A DNA stretch of 64,000 nt from Clostridiales bacterium (GCA_012519975.1 JAAYPE010000037.1:5129-69128); one strand, 5' to 3'; shown: positions 20,292 through 30,626, counted from the stretch's first letter. Notes: generated from the letters alone by a model not told the origin. Numbers and translations are program-made.

Positions 20292-21309
20292 AGATGCAAA
20301 CGGCGTAATTACTGGAGTTGACTTCCTGCGTGAAGTAAATCTTGGCAATAAAATTAATTTAAAAGGTAATGTGGTTGTAATCGGTGGCGGAAATGTTGCA
20401 ATTGATGTTGCAAGAGCTGCTATAAGGGAAAATGCTGAAAATGTTGAAATGTATTGCCTAGAAAGTCGCGAAGAAATGCCAGCTCTTGGCGAAGAAATTG
20501 ACGAAGCACTAGAAGAAAAAATCGCAATTAATAATTCGTGGGGTCCGAGTAAAATTATTGTAGAAAACGGTAAAGTTTCTGGAGTTGAATTCAAAAAATG
20601 CATTTCTGTTCTTGATTCAACCGGAAAATTCAGTCCAAAATTTGATGATAATGATGTAATTACCGTTAAGGCTGATTATGTATTATTATCCGTTGGGCAA
20701 TCTATCGACTGGTCTAACCTACTTGATGATAGTAATGTTGGGTTAAACAAAAACAACACAGCTATTGCAGACTCTTTAACATATCAAACAAGCGAGCCTG
20801 ATATTTTTGTTGGCGGAGATGTTTACACAGGTCCTAGCTTTGCAATTGATGCAATTGCTGCTGGAAAACAAGGTGCAATTTCGATCCATCGTTTTGTTTG
20901 GGAAGGTCAGAGCCTGACTTTAGGGCGTGACCGCAGACAGTATCATTCTTTTGATAAAGAAGATATAATTGTCGAAGGGTTTGACACAACATCAAGGCAA
21001 AGACCATCTCACTTAAAGGCAAAGACAAAGTCATATACAGATAATCGAGTAACTTTTACCGAAGAGCAGATGAAAAAAGAAACAGAAAGATGTTTGGGCT
21101 GTGGTGCAGTTGTTATTGATACTGAAATGTGCATAGGATGTGGTCAATGCACATTAAGATGCGAGTTCGACGCTATTGGACTTGTTAAAAAATATGATGA
21201 AGTTGGAACAACCTTTGAAAAGCTTCCAATTAAGCTTGCTGTTCACAATATTAAGCGTGCTGGAAACATAACTGCCCGTTCAGTGAAAAATATTTTTGCG
21301 AATAAATAG
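20230..21309 (+). CDS. Fe-S flavoprotein, C-terminal part (second Rossmann fold plus C-terminal 2x[4Fe-4S]); second half of the same gene
   Basis: Continues LGIQGEDANGVITGVDFL, VVVIGGGNVAIDVAR and CLGCG..CIGCGQCTLRC. The real in-frame continuation begins just after 20274. Confidence 0.8.
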   Translation: MRHFMLLLVLSVEKKLGIQGEDANGVITGVDFLREVNLGNKINLKGNVVVIGGGNVAIDVARAAIRENAENVEMYCLESREEMPALGEEIDEALEEKIAINNSWGPSKIIVENGKVSGVEFKKCISVLDSTGKFSPKFDDNDVITVKADYVLLSVGQSIDWSNLLDDSNVGLNKNNTAIADSLTYQTSEPDIFVGGDVYTGPSFAIDAIAAGKQGAISIHRFVWEGQSLTLGRDRRQYHSFDKEDIIVEGFDTTSRQRPSHLKAKTKSYTDNRVTFTEEQMKKETERCLGCGAVVIDTEMCIGCGQCTLRCEFDAIGLVKKYDEVGTTFEKLPIKLAVHNIKRAGNITARSVKNIFANK

Positions 21310-21379
21310 TATTTATTTTAGCAAGTTTAACTAACTGTATTAATTGTTTATATTTTGCAAAAATAAGGAGTTTTTAATT

Positions 21380-22300
21380 ATGTTTTTATTTGAATCTATC
21401 TCCCTTGGCTCGTGGATTGCTTGGGTTATTATTCTAGCAGGGCTAATATTATTTAATGAAATTACACGATATAATAAGCAAACAGGAATTGCATTTTTTA
21501 TAATTTTGCCTATTCTACTTTCAATTCTTGTATGGCCAAAAACATCTGGTACAGATACAGGTGCGCAAACTGCAAACTGGTTTGCGTGGGTTAAAACCTA
21601 TTCCGCATTAATTGGTTGTTGGATTGGTTTGACAATGCGTTTTTCTAAAAAAATGCAAAGCAAAAAATGGTTTTATGTGTTTCCACCTGCAATTCTTGGA
21701 ATTAACATCTTAGAAGCTGTTGCCCGTGAAATTGAAGTAATGGGAATGAATGGTGTAATAGATGATATGTTCTATATGGGTGGACCGTGGAACGCTATGA
21801 ATGCTGCTGCAGGTATTATTAACTTGCTGACTATGAGTGGTTGGTTCAGCATTATTATAAGTAAAGATAAAAGTCGTGATTTTATCTGGCCAGATATGAT
21901 GTGGTTTTGGATAATTGCTTATGACCTTTGGAACTTCGCTTATGTTTATAACTGCCTAACAGATAGAGCATTTTACAGTGCTGCACTATTATTGTCTTGC
22001 ACAATTCCTGCATTCACAATAAAAAAAGGTGCTTGGGCGCAACACAGAGTGCACACATTGGCTCTTTATATGATGCTTATGTTGACAATTCCAAACTTCT
22101 TCGTTAAGGGCGATTATGCAGTGGCTTCAACACATAGTACAGCGGCTTATTATACTGTAAGTATTTTAGCATTGGTATTTAATATTGGTGTTGGTATTTA
22201 TCAAGTTCGAACAATTATCAAGAAAAAGAAAAATCCGCTTAAAGATGACTTGTATGATGATACCAAAGCATACCAAGAGATTAGAAACGCAAATATCTAA
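21380..22300 (+). CDS. hypothetical polytopic membrane protein
   Basis: About 9 TM helices. ATG at 21380 with AAGGAG upstream. Confidence 0.6.
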   Translation: MFLFESISLGSWIAWVIILAGLILFNEITRYNKQTGIAFFIILPILLSILVWPKTSGTDTGAQTANWFAWVKTYSALIGCWIGLTMRFSKKMQSKKWFYVFPPAILGINILEAVAREIEVMGMNGVIDDMFYMGGPWNAMNAAAGIINLLTMSGWFSIIISKDKSRDFIWPDMMWFWIIAYDLWNFAYVYNCLTDRAFYSAALLLSCTIPAFTIKKGAWAQHRVHTLALYMMLMLTIPNFFVKGDYAVASTHSTAAYYTVSILALVFNIGVGIYQVRTIIKKKKNPLKDDLYDDTKAYQEIRNANI

Positions 22301-22332
22301 CTAAATTATTAATGTTTTTCTTATATTGAAAT

Positions 22333-22366
22333 AAAAAAGAAGGTGCTATAACGCGCCTTCTTTTTG
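22333..22366. terminator. bidirectional intrinsic terminator between convergent genes
   Basis: AAGAAGGTGC pairs with GCGCCTTCTT, flanked by an A-run and a T-run. Confidence 0.8.
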
Positions 22367-22388
22367 TTTATCTTTATATTAATAAGAT

Positions 22389-23252
22389 TTAATCATTTGG
22401 ATTTGCAGGTTTTCTCTCCATTTTGATTATTGATTTTCTAATATTTACTCTTTCATAGTATTTTTTAAACTGTATATTCGCACGCATTTTTATATTGCAA
22501 TTTTTACAGACAAAAAACGCACGAAAAGAACCATTTATAAATTTCCAATTATCCAGTCTTTTTGCTATATTACCACAATCGGTACATTTGCAATTCATAA
22601 CACTTTTATCAACCAACGGGTCATTAATATCTGATATTATATATGGTTTGAAAAATAGCTTTTCATAAAATCTATCATCGCACTTTTTAATTTTTTTTTC
22701 AAATTCTTCTTTTTGATATAGCTTTTCAAAACACTTTGCTGAAATTTCGCTATCCGTCAAAGCACGATGAAGAACCAAATAATCCAAATTAATGTTTAGT
22801 ATATCTGCTGCATTATTAAGTCCTAATTGTTGCGATTTAGAAAGCTTTAACATTTCCATAGAATAATCTTGCAAATCAACATAATAATTTATAAAAGGAA
22901 TTTTTGATTGCCCATTAAAATACTTAAAGTTATCAACCATAACTCTAATGTCCATATTTCCCCAAGATAAAAATATGACATCATCACTATTTGCCCATTC
23001 GCTAAAATCACCTATTACCGTTAAAAAGTCCTCCCCTGCCTTAACATCATCATTTGTTATGTTTGTTAAGTTTTTTACACGGGAGCGAAGTTTTTTTTCT
23101 ATCTGTGGTCTTACAAAGCTTGAAAATGTTGACACAACCTTACGATTTTCATCAAGCTTTACAGCTCCAATTTCAATTATCTCATTTATATATCTATCGT
23201 ATTGTTTTGAAAATGCCGTGTTCCACTCTAAATCCATTATTATATACTGCAA
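22389..23252 (-). CDS. DEDDh 3'-5' exonuclease (KapD/ERI-1-like) with a C-terminal zinc-ribbon extension
   Basis: MDLEWN, EIIEIGAV and HRALTDSE exonuclease motifs. C-terminal CKCTDCG...CKNCN. Confidence 0.75.
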   Translation of the reverse strand: MQYIIMDLEWNTAFSKQYDRYINEIIEIGAVKLDENRKVVSTFSSFVRPQIEKKLRSRVKNLTNITNDDVKAGEDFLTVIGDFSEWANSDDVIFLSWGNMDIRVMVDNFKYFNGQSKIPFINYYVDLQDYSMEMLKLSKSQQLGLNNAADILNINLDYLVLHRALTDSEISAKCFEKLYQKEEFEKKIKKCDDRFYEKLFFKPYIISDINDPLVDKSVMNCKCTDCGNIAKRLDNWKFINGSFRAFFVCKNCNIKMRANIQFKKYYERVNIRKSIIKMERKPANPND

Positions 23253-23288
23253 TCAAAATCTCTCCTGTTTTATTGCTGTTGTTTAAAT

Positions 23289-23657
23289 TTATTTTTCGGT
23301 AAGCGCTTCACCTTTAAAATCATTTTCATCATTATCTCTGTTTATAATAACGATATTATCGCTTCCTGTAGCCCGTTGCGAAAAAAACGCATTAATCTTT
23401 TTGTTTATTTTCATAAAGCCACTTCTGTTTGGAAAAGTGTCGGCATAATACTCATCAAAATCCTTAGTTAAATCGCCACTGACAAGACTTATAACACTAA
23501 ACTCAGGCTTTTGTTTTAAGGTTCTATTCTCATCCTTTGATACTGTTTGGTCTTTATCAAAAGCACTAATTGCTCCAATAATAATTATAGGCATAACAAA
23601 AAGGGCAACAGAAATTCTAGCAAATATATTAAAATTCATTCTATATTCCTTTTCCAA
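23289..23657 (-). pseudogene. N-terminal remnant of a DHHW/AlgJ-like O-acetyltransferase partner protein
   Basis: TM helix followed by ENRTL..KP..F....DFDEYYADTFPNR, which is typical of the first ~95 aa. The ORF is 122 aa and ends just before the next gene. Confidence 0.45.
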
Positions 23658-23668
23658 ATAAACTCACC

Positions 23669-25084
23669 TCAAAATCTAAAATATAAAAATGGATTGTAAC
23701 TTGAACCAACAAGAGCAGATGTGCATAAAATTAGCAAAATTAAATTAAAAATAATATTGGTTATATCAACTAAAGACTCACAACGCAAGCTTTTTTCTGA
23801 GAATTTATAAAGCAGCTCCTTTACATATCTTGCTACTGGTGTACAAGCAATTATTGCGATAATAAAGAAGAATAATCTATTAGAAAAATATGCAAAGTCA
23901 GTTACATTTGAAAATGGTATTCCACCAAAACCAAACATAATTGATAGCATTTGTTTCAGTTTTCCTATATCTTCAAAATAGAAAAACACCCATCCAACAA
24001 TTACGACTAAAAGAGTATATAGACGCGAAAAAACTCTTGGAATTTTGTTTAATAATTTTCTAAGGAAAAGATTTTCTAACATAATGAAAACAAAATAATA
24101 AAGTCCCCATATTATAAAATTCCAACTAGCACCGTGCCACATACCCGTCAAAAACCAAACTATAAGAAGATTTAAAGCGTGATTTTTTCGATTTCCACCA
24201 AGAGGGATATAAACATATTCTCTAAAAAATGTCGTTAATGATATGTGCCACCTTTTCCAAAACTCTGAAATCGACTTAGAAATATATGGGTAATTAAAGT
24301 TTTCAACATATTTAAACCCAAACATATGCCCAAGACCTATTGCCATATCAGAATATCCTGAAAAATCAAAATATATTTGGAACGAGTAACCAATTATACC
24401 AATCCAAGCACCAAGCACCGACAGCTTATTTAAGTCGCCTGCGATTAACTCTTTTACAATTTGACCAGCAAAGTTTGCAAGCAAAGCTTTTTTACTAAGA
24501 CCAATTAAAAATCTAGTAACACCATATGAGGCATCTTTAATATTTACTTTTCTATCACGGATTTGCTCATCTATATCGACATATCTTACAATTGGACCGG
24601 CTATAAGCTGTGGGAACATACAAGTATATAGTAGCAAATCGGCAAATGATTTTTGTACTTTTGCACGGCCTCTGTAAACATCAACAGAATATGTTATAGT
24701 TTGGAACGTGTAAAACGAAATACCTATAGGCAATCCAAGTCTTAAAAGTCCAATATCTGTTTTAAAAACACTATTAACAGTGCTTGCAAAGAAATCAAAA
24801 TATTTAAAAATAACAAGGATTGAAAGCGATATCACAACAGATGCAATTAGTGACGCTTTTGCTTTCCAAGTACCTTTGTACTTATCTATTCTAAGTCCGC
24901 CTAAATATTCAACATATGAACTCAGTAATAAAACTACAATCCACCGTGGCTCTCCCCAAGCATAAAAAAACAAGGACATAGAAAGCAACACTATGTTTTT
25001 CATTTTTATACTACTAGCTGAATAATATAATATAAAACAAATTGGTAGAAAAATATATATAAAAGTTAAACTCGAAAAAACCAA
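23669..25084 (-). CDS. MBOAT family O-acyltransferase (AlgI/DltB-like)
   Basis: 471 aa, polytopic, with FWKRWHISL and GMWHGASWNF motifs that include the MBOAT histidine. Confidence 0.9.
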   Translation of the reverse strand: MVFSSLTFIYIFLPICFILYYSASSIKMKNIVLLSMSLFFYAWGEPRWIVVLLLSSYVEYLGGLRIDKYKGTWKAKASLIASVVISLSILVIFKYFDFFASTVNSVFKTDIGLLRLGLPIGISFYTFQTITYSVDVYRGRAKVQKSFADLLLYTCMFPQLIAGPIVRYVDIDEQIRDRKVNIKDASYGVTRFLIGLSKKALLANFAGQIVKELIAGDLNKLSVLGAWIGIIGYSFQIYFDFSGYSDMAIGLGHMFGFKYVENFNYPYISKSISEFWKRWHISLTTFFREYVYIPLGGNRKNHALNLLIVWFLTGMWHGASWNFIIWGLYYFVFIMLENLFLRKLLNKIPRVFSRLYTLLVVIVGWVFFYFEDIGKLKQMLSIMFGFGGIPFSNVTDFAYFSNRLFFFIIAIIACTPVARYVKELLYKFSEKSLRCESLVDITNIIFNLILLILCTSALVGSSYNPFLYFRF

Positions 25085-25100
25085 ACTTCTCTCTCCTAAA

Positions 25101-25559
25101 TTAAACTGTAATTTTGTTTCTTATTTTATCAACAGTCTTTTCACCGATACCCTTAACATTAGTTAATTCATCAACATTATCAAAAAGTCCATTTTCTATT
25201 CTATAATCGACGATAGCATTCGCTTTAACCTCACCAATACCATTTAAAGACATTAATTCTTGAACGCTTGCAGTATTAATATTAACTATTCCCGAATAGT
25301 TCTGTTTGGATTTTTGTGAGTTTGCATCTTCATAATGAATTTGCTCATTCTCACTATTATAAATGGTATCATCAGCACTTGAAATCACTTCAAAACTAGA
25401 AGTACCCGCAGTCTCTTTTACGACTGCAGGACTAAGGCTTGGTGTTTTATATAAGTCGTATAACAGTATTAAAGACAATAAAACCAAAGCAAAAGATACT
25501 AGATAAACTTCCTGCCCTTTTTTCATATAAATCAAACATCCATTAGTATTAAGATTCAT
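25101..25559 (-). CDS. comEA: ComEA family helix-hairpin-helix DNA-binding protein
   Basis: N-terminal TM helix, ININTASVQELMSLNGIGEVKANAIVDYR and a second HhH (VKGIGEKT). Confidence 0.8.
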   Translation of the reverse strand: MNLNTNGCLIYMKKGQEVYLVSFALVLLSLILLYDLYKTPSLSPAVVKETAGTSSFEVISSADDTIYNSENEQIHYEDANSQKSKQNYSGIVNINTASVQELMSLNGIGEVKANAIVDYRIENGLFDNVDELTNVKGIGEKTVDKIRNKITV

Positions 25560-25620
25560 AATAAATATAATAACTTCACGGTAGTTATTATATCACATTT
25601 AGGTCTTAAAAGGTAGAAAT

Positions 25621-26334
25621 TTATAATATTTTTTCCATATCTTTTTTTAACCGCTCGATTATTTTCTTTTCTATTCTAGAAATATAACTTTGTGATATAC
25701 CCAAAATATCTGCGACTTCTTTTTGAGTATGCTCCCTATATCCCCCCATACCAAATCGCATTTGAGTTATTAGTTTTTCCCTGTTCGACAAGTTTTCTAT
25801 AGTTGAATACAAAATTCTTTTTTCGTCCTCATATTCAATTCCCTTATTAACCGTATCAGGTTCACTGCCTAAAATATCCGACAACAACAACTCATTTCCA
25901 TCCCAATCTATATTCAAAGGCTCATCAATAGACACTTCTAGCTTCATTGCATTTGTTTTTCTAAGATGCATAAGTATTTCATTTTCTATACATCTTGAGG
26001 CGTAAGTTGCAAGCTTAATGTTCTTTTCAGGACAAAAAGTGTTAACAGCTTTTATAAGCCCTATCGTTCCAATCGACACCAAATCCTCTACTCCTACACC
26101 AGAACTTTCAAATTTTCTTGCAATATACACAACCAACCTTAAATTATGGGTTATCAGTGGTTCTCTAGCATTTTCATCTCCCATTTGAATTCTTTTCATT
26201 ATTTCGGCTTCTTCTTCTTTTTTTAGTGGCGGTGGTAATGTCTGAGGTCCATTTATATAATTTATTTCGGCTACACCAAAAACTTTTTTTATTTTTATAA
26301 CAAGTGTATTGATTTTTATTTTTATATTACTCAA
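25621..26334 (-). CDS. sigE: RNA polymerase sporulation sigma factor SigE (pro-sigma-E)
   Basis: Pro-sequence followed by [20 protein letters not shown] and GTIGLIKAV. Immediately downstream of spoIIGA and overlapping it. Confidence 0.9.
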   Translation of the reverse strand: MSNIKIKINTLVIKIKKVFGVAEINYINGPQTLPPPLKKEEEAEIMKRIQMGDENAREPLITHNLRLVVYIARKFESSGVGVEDLVSIGTIGLIKAVNTFCPEKNIKLATYASRCIENEILMHLRKTNAMKLEVSIDEPLNIDWDGNELLLSDILGSEPDTVNKGIEYEDEKRILYSTIENLSNREKLITQMRFGMGGYREHTQKEVADILGISQSYISRIEKKIIERLKKDMEKIL

Positions 26335-27232
26335 CTAACAATTCCTCCCTTTCAATGCTATGCAATAATGCAGGGTTTACAATTGCACAATATTCTCCAT
26401 TTGATAACGCAATTTTTTTAACAGCCACATAAACTTTTTTAGTACTAATTATTTTTTTGTCATAATTAATCTTTATCATATCTGGCCTAAATGCTTTTAG
26501 TATTCCTTCCCCACCAATGCTACTGAATGGTATAATTCTTACTTTGTTTTTGTATTTATCACTAATTGAAGATGTTTCAAGGTTTGAAATGTTACTTATG
26601 TAGGTGTCTAACTCTTCGGGCAAAACACTACTTATAAAGCTATATTCCGCAACAACCACTGGATATCCTGTAAATGTATCGCACAAAGAATTTCCTGTAT
26701 CTATTAAGGCTTTTCCTGTTACAACTTTATTTTCAAACTCAATGCTTATGTCTATAATTTTATCTACACTCGATTTTCTACGAGAAAGCTTTGCTAAAAT
26801 TGTTATAATCGCATAACAAAAAATTGTCATAATCGTAAGAGTTAAAATATTAATATCAAAATAAACCGCACCATTATTAAACTGCATTGAATTAGGCTTA
26901 AAGGCTATCCATATTGCAAACATTATTCCTGCAAATATAAAATTTACGATAAAAAATGTTGCAAACAGTCGTAAAAAATGCCTTATATTTTTTATTTTAA
27001 AGGCAGATAAAATAATTGTTATTGAAAATGTTAATTTTAATAATAATGATAGGAAATTATTCATTTTAGGAAAAATTATTATCAGCGAATATAATCCGCC
27101 AAGTGTGCTTGCAAGCAATAGCCTGACTCTATTTGTTTTTTCATTTGTTATAAAAGAGGTTTCAAGCAATAAAAAATAATTAACAAATATATTAAGGGCA
27201 ACCAAGATATCTATGTACACACTTTGTCTCAC
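26327..27232 (-). CDS. spoIIGA: sigma-E processing peptidase SpoIIGA
   Basis: Five N-terminal TM helices and the aspartic protease motif LIDTGNSL. Confidence 0.9.
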   Translation of the reverse strand: MRQSVYIDILVALNIFVNYFLLLETSFITNEKTNRVRLLLASTLGGLYSLIIIFPKMNNFLSLLLKLTFSITIILSAFKIKNIRHFLRLFATFFIVNFIFAGIMFAIWIAFKPNSMQFNNGAVYFDINILTLTIMTIFCYAIITILAKLSRRKSSVDKIIDISIEFENKVVTGKALIDTGNSLCDTFTGYPVVVAEYSFISSVLPEELDTYISNISNLETSSISDKYKNKVRIIPFSSIGGEGILKAFRPDMIKINYDKKIISTKKVYVAVKKIALSNGEYCAIVNPALLHSIEREELLVE

Positions 27233-27253
27233 AACTATCCCCCCTACAAAAAC

Positions 27254-27287
27254 ATTATATTATTACGACCATACAATTTCTGTCGAT
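27254..27287 (-). promoter_or_regulatory. candidate spoIIG promoter: -10 TATAAT plus a Spo0A-box-like TGTCGAT over the -35 region
   Basis: TATAAT on the minus strand at 27259..27254. TGTCGAT (6/7 match to the 0A box TGTCGAA) at 27281..27287, about -34 to -40. Confidence 0.35.
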
Positions 27288-27301
27288 TACAGTACACAAA
27301 T

Positions 27302-27342
27302 AAAAAAAGAAAGATAACACACATAGGTTATCTTTCTTTTTT
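27302..27342 (-). terminator. intrinsic terminator of the oxidoreductase operon
   Basis: AAGAAAGATAAC pairs with GTTATCTTTCTT (12 bp), followed by a T-run on the minus strand. Confidence 0.85.
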
Positions 27343-27355
27343 ATTAAAATAATAA

Positions 27356-27895
27356 TTAATTTTTGTAGTTCATTCCGATGTTAATTGCTTCCATATTTTT
27401 AGGAATTAGGTTCTTTTTTCTTGCTGGAACAACTTCATTAATTGTTTTTTCGATTGTTTCATAAGAACAAAAATTAGTCTGCTCAAGTAACTTGCCAATT
27501 AGTATTATGTTTGCAAGCCCTTTTAGTCCTTTGGATTCAGCAATTTCTGTTGCTGGTATATAACTAACATTCACATCAGTTCTATCGACTTTTTTTGAAA
27601 CCAATGTGCTGTCGATAATTACTGTGCCACCAGGAACTACAGTATCAATAAATTTATCAAAGGACGGCAAATTCATTGCAATTAGCACATTAGGATTGGT
27701 AACGAGTGGAGAGCAAATATCTTCTTCAGAAATACAAACGCTACAATTTGCTGTTCCTCCACGCATTTCTGGCCCGTAAGAAGGTAGCCAAGAAACTTCT
27801 TTTCCGTCAATAAGACCTGCATAAGCAATTGCCTTGCCCATAAAAAGAATTCCTTGCCCCCCAAAGCCGGCTAAAATAGAGTTGAATTCTTGCAT
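27356..27895 (-). CDS. 2-oxoacid:ferredoxin oxidoreductase gamma subunit
   Basis: LAGFGGQGILFMGK motif. ATG at 27895 follows an AGGAGG RBS. Confidence 0.9.
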   Translation of the reverse strand: MQEFNSILAGFGGQGILFMGKAIAYAGLIDGKEVSWLPSYGPEMRGGTANCSVCISEEDICSPLVTNPNVLIAMNLPSFDKFIDTVVPGGTVIIDSTLVSKKVDRTDVNVSYIPATEIAESKGLKGLANIILIGKLLEQTNFCSYETIEKTINEVVPARKKNLIPKNMEAINIGMNYKN

Positions 27896-27896
27896 A

Positions 27897-28652
27897 TTAT
27901 TTCTCCTCCTTATCGCTTGTACTATCCTTATAAACACCAAGCGGATAATAAGGAATCATATTATCACGAAGCCAATCAAGTGCGGCATTTGGTGACAATC
28001 CCCAGTTAGTAGGACAAGTTGAAATTACCTCTACGAGTGAAAATCCCTTGCCATCAATTTGGGTTTGAAACGCTTTTTTAATAGCCCTTTTTGTTGCATT
28101 TACATTTTTTACGCAATCAACAGACACTCTTTCTAGATATGTAGCACCATCAAGAGTTGAGAGCATTTCGCACATTTTGATTGGATATCCAACCTCATTT
28201 ACATTTCTCCCGTATGGTGATGTTTGAGTTACTTGACTTGGCAATGTTGTTGGTGCCATTTGTCCGCCAGTCATTCCATAAATTGCATTATTTATAAATA
28301 TAATTGTAATATTTTCACCTCTTGCAGCTGCGTGAATTGTTTCAGCTGTACCTATAGCTGCAAGGTCACCATCTCCTTGATAGGTGAACACAAAACTGTC
28401 AGGTAATGAACGCTTAACACCAGTAGCAATAGCCGGCGCCCTTCCGTGCGGTGCTTGAATCATATCACAGCTAAAATAATCATAAGCCATAACAGCGCAA
28501 CCGACTGGAGCTACACCAATCGCTTTTCCTTCTATTCCAAGCTCGTCAATGCACTCTGCAACAAGTCGGTGAACTATGCCGTGAGTGCAACCAGGACAAT
28601 AATGGGTTGGCTTGTCTGTTAATGCATTTGGTTTTTTAAAAACTACTGCCAT
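27897..28652 (-). CDS. 2-oxoacid:ferredoxin oxidoreductase beta subunit (TPP-binding)
   Basis: CPGCTHG and GDGD..AIG..NNAIYGMTGGQ TPP motifs. Confidence 0.9.
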   Translation of the reverse strand: MAVVFKKPNALTDKPTHYCPGCTHGIVHRLVAECIDELGIEGKAIGVAPVGCAVMAYDYFSCDMIQAPHGRAPAIATGVKRSLPDSFVFTYQGDGDLAAIGTAETIHAAARGENITIIFINNAIYGMTGGQMAPTTLPSQVTQTSPYGRNVNEVGYPIKMCEMLSTLDGATYLERVSVDCVKNVNATKRAIKKAFQTQIDGKGFSLVEVISTCPTNWGLSPNAALDWLRDNMIPYYPLGVYKDSTSDKEEK

Positions 28653-29728
28653 TACTGCTCACCTCCTGAAAGTTTAACAATTTGCTCTAAAACCTCTGCC
28701 GGTGTTGGAATTACGCCACCTGTGCGTCCAAAAAACTCAACCGGACGACTACAATCAATAGCAAGCTTAACATCCTCAACCATTTGACCCATATTCATTT
28801 CAACGCAGAGAAAAGATTTTGCGTTTACTGCAACTTCTTTTAGCTCCTCTTTTGGGAAAGGCCAAAGGGTTATTGGGCGAACTAGGCCAATTTTAATGCC
28901 TTTTGCGCGTGCATCTTTAACAGCAGCTTTTGCAACTCTTGCTGTTGCACCAAAAGCTACAACTATGTAGTCTGCATCATCTGTCATATATTTTTCGCAC
29001 ATTGTTTCGTTTTCTTCTATAACTTTATATCTTTCAAAACGCTCTCTAACAACTCTTTCAAGCTCGTTTGCTTGTAGGAATAAAGAGTTTACTATATTAT
29101 GCTCTCTCTCGTTATTGTGGCCACAAGTAGCCCACTGCTTTTTAGGTAGCTCAACTTTTTCATCGCTACTTTTTATTTCAACAGGTTCCATCATTTGACC
29201 AAGTAATCCATCGGCTAAAATCATAGCTGGAACTCTGTAATTATCAGATAAATCAAAAGCGTGTGAAACAAGGTCAACCATCTCTTGAACTGAGTTTGGT
29301 GCAAAAACTAAAATATGAAAATCTCCGTGACCCGGTGCTTTTGTTGCCTGCCAATAATCAGCTTGTGATGGCTGAATTCCGCCAAGTCCTGGGCCACCTC
29401 GTTGAACATTTATTATAAGTCCAGGGACATCTGCCCCAGCCATATAAGAAATTCCTTCAGCCTTTAGGCTGATTCCTGGTGATGAAGATGAAGTCATCGC
29501 CCTAACTCCTGCGGCTCCCGCACCTTGCAACATATTTATAGCAGAAACTTCGGACTCCGCTTGTAAGAAAACTCCTCCAATTTTTGGCAGACGCTTCGCC
29601 ATATAGGCCGCAAGCTCTGTTTGAGGTGTTATTGGGTATCCAAAAAAACGAGTACATCCTGCTTGGATAGCAGCTTCAGCAAGAGCTTCGTTTCCCTTCA
29701 TTAAAATTCTTTCCGACACTTTACTCAC
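28652..29728 (-). CDS. 2-oxoacid:ferredoxin oxidoreductase alpha subunit
   Basis: 358 aa. GYPITPQTE motif. Operon context. Confidence 0.9.
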   Translation of the reverse strand: MSKVSERILMKGNEALAEAAIQAGCTRFFGYPITPQTELAAYMAKRLPKIGGVFLQAESEVSAINMLQGAGAAGVRAMTSSSSPGISLKAEGISYMAGADVPGLIINVQRGGPGLGGIQPSQADYWQATKAPGHGDFHILVFAPNSVQEMVDLVSHAFDLSDNYRVPAMILADGLLGQMMEPVEIKSSDEKVELPKKQWATCGHNNEREHNIVNSLFLQANELERVVRERFERYKVIEENETMCEKYMTDDADYIVVAFGATARVAKAAVKDARAKGIKIGLVRPITLWPFPKEELKEVAVNAKSFLCVEMNMGQMVEDVKLAIDCSRPVEFFGRTGGVIPTPAEVLEQIVKLSGGEQ

Positions 29729-29935
29729 TCACCTTTCTACAATGATAGCACAATCTGGACACATAATAGCACAAGCACAGCAACCTATGCATTTTTCAGG
29801 GTCAAAAACTATTGCCGGATGATAACCCTTGCTATTCATTAAATCTTTGCTAAGCTCAATGATATGTTTCGGACAAGCGGTAATGCAAAGTTCACAGCTT
29901 TTACATATATCCGAATTAATCGTAACTTTTGCCAT
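29729..29935 (-). CDS. 2-oxoacid:ferredoxin oxidoreductase delta subunit (2x[4Fe-4S] ferredoxin)
   Basis: CKSCELCITACP and CIGCCACAIMCP. ATG at 29935 follows GGAG. Confidence 0.85.
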   Translation of the reverse strand: MAKVTINSDICKSCELCITACPKHIIELSKDLMNSKGYHPAIVFDPEKCIGCCACAIMCPDCAIIVER

Positions 29936-29936
29936 T

Positions 29937-30626
29937 TCATACATCTCCTTTATCTGCCCACGGCAGCTTAACGATAATTTCAACAGGATAAATTTTTGGC
30001 ACTTTGCCCTCTAATTTATCACTGAGATTTTGTGGAACTGTAGTCGCAAACAAAGGAAGCTTTGATAAAGAACAAACCTCATTTGCATAGTCAATTGATG
30101 ACAATATATCTTCCGTGCTTGTGAGATTTGCAAGGTGGGAGTTGTTAATAATTGCACCCATTTCTAACTTGCTTGCCACTTCAATCTCGCGCATTAACTC
30201 AACTGCCTCGCTCGGCGTTGATATAAATTTTCTATATTTATTAATTACATAAAAGCACTGAAAATTATCAGTAGATTTTATGTTTTTTTCAAATCTCCCA
30301 AGGGCAGTTGCTCCAACATCATCCCCGCCAACATCAATAATAACATAGCCATCTTGTTGCTCAAGAGCTGAGCAAACTTCTGAAGAAATTGATGGTGTAT
30401 CAAGTGTTGTGCCCGCAGCAAGTGGACTAATAACTCTTATGCCTAAACTTTCAAGCTCCTGCCTATAGTCCGATGTTCTAAAATAAGGATTTACAACATC
30501 CATATCAACTATTGTTACTCGTTCTCCACTTTTCTTTAGTTTACTTGCAAGATTTAGAGAGAAGTTTGTTTTGCCACTTCCATAATGTCCACAGATAATA
30601 TTTATTCTCTTTAGCAAGCTTGCCAC
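29937..30626 (-). CDS. P-loop ATP-binding protein (MinD/ParA/CobQ-like fold), function unknown
   Basis: GHYGSGKT Walker A. First gene of the oxidoreductase operon. Confidence 0.6.
   Translation of the reverse strand: MASLLKRINIICGHYGSGKTNFSLNLASKLKKSGERVTIVDMDVVNPYFRTSDYRQELESLGIRVISPLAAGTTLDTPSISSEVCSALEQQDGYVIIDVGGDDVGATALGRFEKNIKSTDNFQCFYVINKYRKFISTPSEAVELMREIEVASKLEMGAIINNSHLANLTSTEDILSSIDYANEVCSLSKLPLFATTVPQNLSDKLEGKVPKIYPVEIIVKLPWADKGDV

Noticed and set aside
20214-20603. 129-aa minus-strand ORF across the flavoprotein frameshift region
   Set aside because: It is antisense to a motif-rich flavoprotein coding sequence and Ser/Pro/Ile-rich. The same reasoning applies to other antisense ORFs in the track, e.g. 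9744..10139, 12484..12921, 34660..35061 and 60599..61060.
25101-27232. Absence of sigG immediately downstream of spoIIGA-sigE as an anomaly
   Set aside because: comEA follows sigE here instead of sigG. I cannot verify from the window how conserved the three-gene arrangement is in this lineage, and sigG may simply be elsewhere.
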